From contig NC_057760.1 of the NCBI RefSeq assembly GCF_004010195.1, positions 174,871 to 205,971 on the forward strand: a stretch of 31,101 nucleotides of DNA, given 5' to 3'. The number at the start of each line of letters is the position of its first letter. Position 1 is the first letter of the stretch. Shown piece by piece: positions 22,691-31,101 of the stretch. Origin of the DNA: Chiloscyllium plagiosum. Lineage: Eukaryota. Under the pieces are notes generated by a model that was not told the origin of the DNA, made no database searches, and worked only from the letters and a program-made list of their open reading frames with translations. The position numbers and the translations under genes are program-made.

Positions 22691-24975
22691 ATTACATTCT
22701 CTCGCTTCCTGCCCTGTGTATAATTATTAAATGGATTGGCTGCAATAATAAGCTCCATCTGAAAAGTCTGGAACTTTTATCCTTAAAATTTTCCAAAGAC
22801 TTTAAGGGGTTATAATCAGTATATACAATTGTCTCAAGACACATCATTGGCAATATAAATGTTGTAGCGCAACACCAAGCCCCAGGTCTCCTTCTCAATC
22901 ATGGAATATTTCTGTAGATGATTATTCAATTTTCTGGAAAAATGCCCAACAGGTTTTCCTCTCTTCTTGTTGTCTTCTTGCAAGAGTACAGCACCAACCC
23001 TCTCATCGATAGCCACCTTGAATGGCTTTGTGTAATTAGTTATGGCTAACACTGGGGCAGTGATTAACGCAGCTTTCAGGCCGTCAAATGTCTTCTGACA
23101 GGCCGCCATCCACTGAAATTTTTCTGCACTTCTTCAAAATGTCAACCAGTGGAGCAACCACACTGCTAAAATGCGGTATGAACTTCCGATAAAAATCACT
23201 CAGTCCCAGGAATCGTAATACTTCCCTCTTCATCGATGGTATGAAAAACTCCCCAATAACCTCTGTTGTCACGTCCCGTGGGCCCATCTGTCCATGTCCA
23301 ACGACATGGCCTAGGAACGTGACTTGGGCTTTTGAAACCTCACTCTCAGCCAGGTTTATCACCAAGCCTTCCTCCCCAAGTCAATCAAACAATTTGAATA
23401 GATGCTGCAAATGTTCCTCCATGGGTGACTCAAAATCACCAGATCATTAATGTATACCACACAATCGGGTAATCTTTGAAATGTGACTGGCATATTTTTC
23501 ATATCAAGTTGCATGTCTTTAAATTGGCACAGTCCATTCGATGTCACAAAAGATGAAATTTCTTTTGTTCTTCGGATAAAGGTATCTGCCAGTATCCTCT
23601 AAGTAAGTCCTACTTAGAAGCATGTCCCATCTTCTCAAAACAGTCTTCGAAATGTGGAATAGGATATGATTCAGACATTGTAATTGCATTGACTTTGCAA
23701 TAGTTCGCACATAACCATCGGTTACCATCTGGTTTTAGCTTCATTACGATGGCCGAGCTCTAGTCACTGCAACTCACTTTGATTATATTGTCTTTGAGCA
23801 TGCATTCAATTTTTTTGAACCAGTGCCAGCATTAGAGGGTTAAGTCGATAAGGATGTTGCTTAAGTGGAACAGCATTTCCTATATCTACACCATGCATAA
23901 TCAGATTAGTACTTCCCAGCTTATTCCCATATATCATACCATGTGATTGTAATAACTCTTTCAGGTCACTTTGGTATTCCTCAGGAAGATAACACAATTT
24001 ATCCTAATTTGTGAGAACTTCCTCAACTCATTGAGAACTTTCTGAACTCATTGTCCAATTTAATTTTAAGAATTTCAATTCAGAATCATCTGAAGTCAGT
24101 TCTTCACTTTGTGCTGTAACCAGTAATACTTTTGCTTTCCTTCATTATCAAAATACTTTTTCAGCATATTCACATATGCGACATTTATTTCTCTCTGGCA
24201 CTCAACAAATAATTCAGCTCATTCAATTTGCTTTCGATTTGATAAGGCCCACTAAACCTTGTTTTTAAAGGTTCATCAATTACTGGGAGTAACACTAACA
24301 CTGTACGTCCATTAGCAAAACTATGAATTCTTTGATTTATTATCTGCTTCCTGTTGCATCACATACTGAGCTACTTTCAAATGCTGTCTAGCCAACTCAC
24401 CCACTCTATTTAATGTCTGCTTAAAATTTGACGCATAATCCAAATATGTGGTCTCTGAACTGACTTACCAAGTTCTCCCTAACTAATTTCAATGATCCTC
24501 TCACCTCATGCCCCAAAACTAATTCAACTGGACTGAATTTAGTTGATTCATTAGGTGCATCCCTAATTGCAAAACATATAAGTGGAATACCTTTATCCTA
24601 GTCCTCTGCATAGTCTTGACTATAAGTCTTCAACATGGTCTTTAAATTTTAAAGCCACCAAAATTGCTCCCTGCGATTCTGGATGGTAGGCAGTGGATTT
24701 GTATTGTTTTATTCCTAAGCTATCCATTACTTCCTTGAATAATTTTGATGTAAAATTTGACTCTTTTCTGCATCCTTTCAAGTTTAATATCTTTTCTATC
24801 GTAGGGAGACCATGAATAATTTTTATGTAAAATTTGACTCTTGATCCAATTGTATTTCTGTGGGTAGCCCGTATCTAGTAAAATATTTGAGTAACTCTTC
24901 TTCAATCCTTTTAGCTGTGATACTGAGTAATGGAATGGCCTCTGGAAATCTACTGACATATCCATTAAGGTAAGA
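22690..24975 (-). mobile_element. Decayed pol of a Gmr1-type gypsy LTR retrotransposon (order INT-RT-RNase H)
   Basis: Minus strand: integrase (SRFPEAIPL..ITAK..FTRYGLPTEIQLDQESNFT, STAYHPESQGA) 24975-24400; RT (PLKQHPYRLNP, VYINDL, VTFLGHVVG, FLGLSDFYRKFIPHFS) 23990-23100; RNase H (VGAVLLQ, FSRKLN, YTDYNPL, RLFRWSLLLQ) 23100-22690; many stops and frameshifts. Confidence 0.88.
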
Positions 24976-25229
24976 AATACCGTTTTGCATTTTTTGTTTT
25001 AGTATCATCACACGCTATATTATGCATTCTGTTCTATTACCCTGTTGGACTTGTGGAAGGTATGATTTGGTTGGTTAGCATGCAAAACAATACATTTCAC
25101 AATATCTCAGAACATGTGACAACAATAAATTAAATCAAATCAAGATTTTTCCAAAATGCAATGCTATTTGATAGGGATCTTTGACTGTACATGCGCTCAA
25201 TGGACCTTTAGGACCCAGAGTAAATAGTA

Positions 25230-25685
25230 ATAGAGATGCACAGCAAGGACACAGATCCTTCAGTCCAACTCATTCATGCTGTCCAGATATTGTAAATTAA
25301 TCTAGTATTGGTACCTGCCTCCACCACTTCTGCGTGAAAAAGTTGCCCCATTAACGCAGAAGTGGTGGAGGCAGGTACCAATACAACATGCAAAAGATAT
25401 CCGGATGGGTGCATGGATAGGAAGGTTTTAGAGAGATACAGGACAAATGCTGGCAATGGGACTAGCTTAATTTACATAGGATTAAGGTGAGAAAGGAAAG
25501 ATGCCCTCTAGTTTTGGGTTCCCTCACCTTGGGGAAAAGACCTCGGCTATTCGGCCTATCCTTGCCCCCCCATGATTTTATAAACATCTAAAAGATCACC
25601 CTTCAGCCTTGAACAGTCATAGAGATGTACAGCACAGAAACAGACTCGTCCAGGCCATTCTAACCTAATCTAGTCTCATCTGCTA
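25230..25685. mobile_element. Scrambled CR1 3' fragments in both orientations
   Basis: CR1 tail segments switch strand at about 25354 and 25500 and include a perfect hairpin. Confidence 0.75.
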
Positions 25686-25689
25686 GCAA

Positions 25690-26655
25690 ACGAAAAGAGC
25701 TGGTCATTGACTCCAGGAAGCGGAATGGAGGGCACGCCCCTGTCTGCATCAATGGTTCTGAGGTGGAGATGGCTGAAAGCGCCAAGTTCCTCGGAGTGAT
25801 GATCACCAAGAATCTGTCCTGGTCCATCCACGTGGATGTGACAGCCAAGAAAGCACAACAACGCCTTTACTTCCTCAGGAGGCTAAGGAAATACAGTAGC
25901 TCCTCGACCTACAAACTTAATCCGTTCTGGGACCCAGATCGCGAACCGAAAAGTTCGCAAACTGAATCAATTTTCCCATTGTTCGGATAGTCAAAGCGCG
26001 CGTAGCAAAGCAGAACAATGACAGTGAAACCACGGGCTTTTTGCGTTCGTACCTTCGTTCGTATCCTGAATTTCGTACGTACGTTGAAGCAAACTTTTAC
26101 GTACAATCCTGTTCGCAAACCGATTTGTTCGTGAACGGGGTCGTTCGTATGTCGAGGCGCTACTGTATGGCATGTCCATTACCAATTTTTAATCGATGCA
26201 CCACAGAAAGCATTCTCTCTGGATACATCACACCTTGGTACGGCAGCTGTGCTGCCCAGGACTGTAAGAAACTACAAAGAGTTGTGAACACTGCATCACA
26301 CAAGCCAACCTTCAATCCATTGACTCTATCTATACTTCTCACTGCCTCGGAAAGGCAGCCAACATCATCAAAGACCTCTCCCACCCCAGCTATAATCCCT
26401 TCCAATGTCTTCCATTGGGCAGAAGATTAAAAGAGCTTAAACACATGTACCAACATAGTTTCAAGAACAGCTTCTTCCCTACTGTAATTTGACTTCTGAA
26501 TGGACCTTTCAAATTTAATGTTGATCTTGTGCACCTTCTATGCAACTGTAATATTGTATTCCTCAATCTTATGCACTTTCTATGACATGATCCATCTGTA
26601 CTGCATGCAAAACAAAACTTTTCACTGTACCTAGGTATGCGTGACAATAATAAAT
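25690..26655 (+). mobile_element. Rex1/Babar-type LINE 3' fragment interrupted by a MITE
   Basis: KFLGVMITKNLSWSIHV..AKKAQQRLYFLRRLRK | YGMS..RCTTESILSGYITPWYGSC..KKLQRVVNTA; tail GTGACAATAATAAATCAAA. Confidence 0.85.
25894..26165. mobile_element. Non-autonomous Tigger/pogo-type DNA transposon (MITE), 272 bp
   Basis: TA target duplication (25892-25893, 26166-26167); 23-bp TIRs CAGTAGCTCCTCGACCTACAAAC and GTTCGTATGTCGAGGCGCTACTG (3 mismatches); removal restores the Rex1 frame. Confidence 0.92.
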
Positions 26656-26740
26656 CAAAATATCTTCCTGAGAATTAAGTTGATAATTCTTGCTGGAAGA
26701 GTGTGGAATGTGGGAAGCCTTGCATTCGAATTGCGCTGAT

Positions 26741-27182
26741 TGTAATGAGGTCAGCCAGGTGGACTTCATAGAATATTAATTCTCTGATTGGGCTGTTAAC
26801 CTGGTCCAATCAGGGAGCACTGACCAACAGATTCAAACAGGAGTGACAGAGGCTCTGCTTAGGCTGAGGGAGTGGGATCAGTGAAGGGCTTGCCATTTTG
26901 TGTTTGGAGGGGAAAGAAACACAGTTAGTGTGTTAATGCTGCTGTTGGCTTTTCTATGAAGGAGGAGTTTTTTTTTTCTCTCTCTCTTTCCCCTTGTTTC
27001 AGGTAGACATTTTTGATTTTGTTTGGTTTTCTTTATTGTTTGGGGGGGGGAATCAAGAGTGTCAGAGGCGCTGCTCACTCTTGAGAACTGGCTCTGAGGG
27101 AGCTGGATCAGGGTTAAAGACCCTCTATGTAATAAACAAAAGGTGACTCCATGATGGGATATTGGCCTCTGGAGTTATTTCA
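26741..27182 (+). mobile_element. Probable solo LTR with internal partial duplication
   Basis: TGTAATGA...TTATTTCA termini, inverted CCAAT boxes (CTGATTGG...CCAATCAG), AATAAA near 27131; 26835-26890 resembles 27055-27125; no target duplication seen. Confidence 0.55.
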
Positions 27183-27345
27183 GGAAAACTCCTACCTAGG
27201 GGTAGCAGTGAGGACTATGGCAGCAGAAGAGCTGAGAATGAAGATGATCATGGAGATAGCAGTTGTGAATATGTGGTCAGAAGCTAATTTTGGGGTCACC
27301 CAGAACACTGACACTGGGTTTAGTCTCAGTTGTTGGGGGAGGGGT

Positions 27346-27510
27346 GGAGCATCCAAGGAACAGGAGAATCGATGTTTCGGGCATAAGCCCTTCAAGCTTA
27401 TGCCTGAAATGTCGATTCTCCTGTTGCATTGGATGCTGCCTGACCTGTGCTTTTCCAGCAACACATTTTCAGCTCTGATCTCCAGCATCTGCAGTCCTCA
27501 CTTTTTCCTC
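27346..27510. mobile_element. Penelope-like 3' remnant with fold-back inverted head
   Basis: 27348-27388 is the reverse complement of 27396-27437; the remainder matches 21690-21787. Confidence 0.85.
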
Positions 27511-28069
27511 GAGGGGTGGAGCAGTTGGGTGAGTGGAATTTGGAAGTGAGCAAAAATGCTGATTTTAGTCATCCTGATTTTTAACTGGAGGAACTCTTAG
27601 CTCATCCAGTTCTGAGTGTTGCATGAGCAATCTGATTAATTTTAGCAACTGTGTAGGAGTAGTTGCTGATGAGAGCTGGATGCTGTCAGCTTATACACTG
27701 CAAATGAATGTTCAATCAAACCTATTGTCAAACTCTCCTTCTCTGAAATTTCTTCCCTAATTTATCCACATAAACCAAAATTGTTCTGCTAAATCTTTTG
27801 GTAAAAGGCTGCACATCTGTGGAGTGTAGCACCCAGATGAACTGGATCAATATCTTATCTGTAGAAGATGTGGGAGGAGAAGCAGACCATTTAGCCCATC
27901 GAGCCATTCAATGGGATCAAATGGCTGAGTCAACTGGTTCCCTATCTTCCCCAGTAACTATTGATTCCCTTATTTAAAAAATTCTCACATGAATATGCCT
28001 AACTACTGAGTCTTGACCGCCTTGTGCAATAAAGAATTCTACAGATTTCTCACTTTGAGAGAACAGATT

Positions 28070-28900
28070 TTTTAAAAAATTGATAGACTAAGTGGTCATG
28101 AAGATTCATGTGGGAAAATGTGAAGTTCCTTTTTGTAAGGGAAGATGAAAGGGGGTATTATCTAAATGGGGAAAAGCTGCTGTAAAGTGTAATGCAAAAG
28201 GTTTCAGGTAGCACTTGTGCATAGCTAGCACATAGATGTAGCAGGTAATTTTAAAGGTGAATTGAGATTCTGAAGAAGGGACACTAGACATGAAACATTA
28301 ACTTTGCTTTCTCTCCACAGGTGCTACCAGACCTGCTGAGTTTCTCCGGCAAATTCTGGTTTTGTTTCAAATCTTCAGCATCTGCAGTTCGTTATTTTAT
28401 TTTGGGCTAATTAAATGTTAGCCCTAATTTTGAGGGGTTTGAAGTACAAGGAAGGAAGTTTTGCTGCAATTGTATAAATTATTTAGCAGACTATCTTAAG
28501 TACTGTGAGCAGTTTTGGTCCTCTTATTTAAGGAAAGATATTTTCATGTAAGCTGTTCTGAGAAGGTTCACTAGATTGATCCCCAGTATGGAGGGATTGT
28601 CTTAGAGCAAAGGTTGAACATTTTGGGACTCTACTCAGTGGAATTTAGAAGAATGAGAGGTGATCTCATTAAAATGTGTAGGATTCTTAAGGCACTTGAC
28701 AGAGTTAATAGTGAGAGGCTGTTTTCCCCTTGTGGCAGAGCCTAGGTTCATAGGGCATAATCTCAGGATAAAGGGGTGCCAATTTAAGACTGAGATGAGG
28801 AATTTCTTCTCTGGTTGTGTTTAGACTCCCTACAGTATGGAACAGGCCCTTCAGCCTGAGGTCCTTGACACAGATCAGGGGTGAGGACACAGACCATACG
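28070..28900 (+). mobile_element. Degenerate CR1 fragment containing a Penelope-like remnant (28268-28404)
   Basis: TTTAGAAGAATGAGAGGTGATCTCATT motif; insert TTCTGAAGAAGGGACACTAGACATGAAACATTAACT...CAGCATCTGCAG. Confidence 0.72.
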
Positions 28901-29005
28901 TTTAAGATTTAGGTAGTCACATTCTTGATCAATAGGGGAACCAAGTAAAATGACATGATGGATGTCATCAATATCAGCCATTACATGCTCATTGCCCTTC
29001 TCCAG

Positions 29006-29452
29006 TCATAGAGATGTACAGCATTGAAACAGACCCTTCAGTCCAATCTGTCCATGCCAACCCAATCTAGTCCCACCTGCTAGCACCCAGCCTGCATCCC
29101 TCCAAACCCTCCCTATTCATATACCCATCCAAATGCCTCTTAAATGTTGCAATTGTACCAGCCTCCACCACACCCTCTGGCAGCTTATTCCATACACATA
29201 TCACTGTGTGGAAAAAGTTGCCCCTTAAGTCTCTTTTATATCTTTCCCCTCTCACCCTAAACCTATGCCCTCTAGTTCTGGACTCCCTGACCCCAGGGAA
29301 AATACTTTGCCTATTTACCCTATCCATCATAATTTTGTAAACCTCTAAGGTCACCCCTCAGCCTCTGACACTCCAGGGAAAACACCCTAGCCTATTCAGC
29401 CTCTCCCTATAGCTCAAATCCACCAACCCTGGCAGCATCCTTGTAAATCTTT
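29006..29452 (-). mobile_element. CR1 LINE 3' fragment
   Basis: EVYKIMMDRVNRQSIFPGVRESRTRGHRFRVRGERYK and CR1 tail. Confidence 0.88.
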
Positions 29453-30099
29453 TGATTCCTTATTGTCTCAAGGAGACTTATTGTCCCACTTGAGACTTTG
29501 CCCTGTTACTAGACTTCCCCCACAAGGTGAAAACAACCCCTCCCTGTCAAGTTCCCCCATTTTAAAAATGTATTGCCTCAGAAAGGAGCCAAAAATAAAA
29601 CTGTCAACCTCTGATCTCCCAGGTCTACAAGACATTTTATTTAAAAAGTTTAATTCCCAACAACTTATGGCATTGTGTTTTGATATGGAGGTGCGGGTGT
29701 TGGATTGAGTAAATGTTTATTGAGGGAAGGGGGGAAAAAAAACACCATCCCTAATGCTCTTTGCAATACAGTTGATGGCGGGAAACAGAGTTGGCTTCAT
29801 GGAAAAAAAAGCGCGCCAAACCAAACACGTGCCCGGGACTACTTCCGCCCTCAGCCCGAAACCGCGTCGCTCATCGCCTCCCGCGCGCGTCACCCTCCGC
29901 GGGGAAAAGAATTAGTGCGGCTCCCTCAACGCGCCGGGCGACCAGAGAGAGAGAGAGAGACCCGAGAGAAGGGGAGGGGGTGAGAAACCGAGAGGTCATA
30001 TCGTACCGGGGCCGTCATCCCGTTTGAAGGAGCGGGGGGTGGGGGGGAGAGAGAGTATCCTTCCGCCCGCCCGGCCGGGAGACCTTCCACTTCCGGAGA

Positions 30100-30559
30100 A
30101 GAGGCGGCCGCCATTTTGTTGGCCCACCTTTTTTTTAAAAAAAAATTGACAAAACAAACTCAGAAAATATTTCTTTTCCCCCCCCGACGCGATATTTTTC
30201 CAACTCCCTGACGGCAAAAGAGGGTCGATTCTCCTCAGGAAAACGACGGCCGGCGTTATATGTTGGAGGGAGGAGGACGAAGACGACGACGACCGCCGCC
30301 GGGTGCGGGGAGGGAGGGGGGGGCGGTTTGTTGAGATAAAAAGGTAAAGAAAAAAGACGTCGTCCGCTTCAAACCCAAAAACCCTCCCCCTTTCTCTTTT
30401 ATAACCCAACCCCCCCCCCCCACCCTTCCCCCCCACCTCTTTCCTCCTCCCCTCTCGGCCCGGGCCTTCATTTTTTTTTTCCCTTTTCCCCACCCCCCTC
30501 CCTCCTTTTCTATTTTCGCCAAAACAACAAAAGACCGAAGTTAAACCGTCCGCCTCGAG
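30100..30559 (+). other. Candidate non-coding first exon of a rightward gene (GABPB2-like by synteny)
   Basis: ETS + YY1 cluster near 30088-30118 and a donor-like GAG|GTAAAA at 30559/30560; start not determinable. Confidence 0.35.
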
Positions 30560-30986
30560 GTAAAAGATTGGGGAGCCGGAGAGGAAGGGAAGGAGAAAGG
30601 AGAGAGAGAGAGGAAGGAAGGAAGGAAGAGGGGAGGAAGAGGAGGGGGGAGATATAAAAAAAAACGGATGAAGTTTTTAATTCCAGGTTTCTCCACCGGA
30701 TGTGGAAGTCGACTTTAGAAGAAATTCATCGACTTCCCCCGGAAAAGGCGCCACTCTCTCTCTCTCTCTCTCTTTGTCGGGTTTCCTGTTGTCCCCTCTT
30801 TTATTTTCGTCCTTTCCCCACCTTTGTGTTATTTTTAAATGTCCCCCCCCCCCATCTCTCAGTCTTCATGGGTATTCGCGCGCTTCTCTCTCTCTCTCTC
30901 ACACAATCTCCGCCATTGTCTGTCTCTCTATAAGTGTGTGTGAGAGATGGGGGAGGAGGGGGTTGTGTGTGTTTTTATTCACTTAC

Positions 30987-31101
30987 CTGTGACTCTCTGT
31001 CTCGGGGATTGATGGCGGCGGCGGCGGCTCGATTCTCCTCCGGGACACGGAGCGGATCCAGGGGCTGGAGCTCGGCGGCTCGTCTCCCTGCAATCCCTCA
31101 C
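30987..31101 (-). other. Candidate non-coding first exon of a leftward transcript
   Basis: ACTTACCTG at 30981-30989 is a perfect CAG|GTAAGT donor on minus, at the edge of a GC-rich block running off the window. Confidence 0.45.

Larger units (their letters stand above)
29770..31101. promoter_or_regulatory. CpG-island, TATA-less housekeeping-type promoter region
   Basis: Abrupt rise in CpG, no transposons; E2F-like GGCGGGAAA (29777) and GCGCGCCAAA (29811), E-box CACGTG (29826), ETS ACTTCCG (29841), CACTTCCGG (30088), CCGGATGT (30696), YY1 GCCGCCATTTTG (30107), GC boxes, GA/CT tracts. Confidence 0.88.

Noticed and set aside
31012..31101. ORF start MAAAAARFSSG at the window end (also MAAASSP at 29926-30114, minus)
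   Set aside because: No recognisable protein; ATGGCGGC doubles as a YY1 motif and GCG repeat; cannot be judged within the window.

Overview
Vertebrate genomic DNA, almost certainly an elasmobranch (shark), judged from HE1-type SINEs and CR1/HER1-type LINE tails. One host coding exon is recognisable: the complete single-exon CDS of MLLT11/AF1q (5362-5610, +), with a splice acceptor just upstream and a likely polyA site near 7964-7987. A CpG-island promoter (about 29770-31101) carries E2F, E-box, ETS/GABP and YY1 motifs and candidate first-exon donors on both strands. By recalled human synteny it may be the GABPB2/CDC42SE1-type promoter. Most of the rest is transposon debris: CR1 and Rex1/Babar LINE fragments, tRNA-derived SINEs (three with an internal 53-bp unit expanded into tandem arrays, up to about 24 copies), Penelope-like elements with minimal hammerhead ribozymes, a decayed Gmr1-type gypsy element (integrase before RT), a Tigger/pogo-type MITE, a solo LTR and two inverted G/C-rich minisatellites. 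There are two assembly gaps. I found no convincing new multi-gene system. The best leads are the SINE-internal satellite expansion with an unexpanded sister copy, the ribozymes, several templated-insertion and fold-back scars, and the possible sense/antisense promoter. TE boundaries are approximate and family names come from recognition, not database searches.
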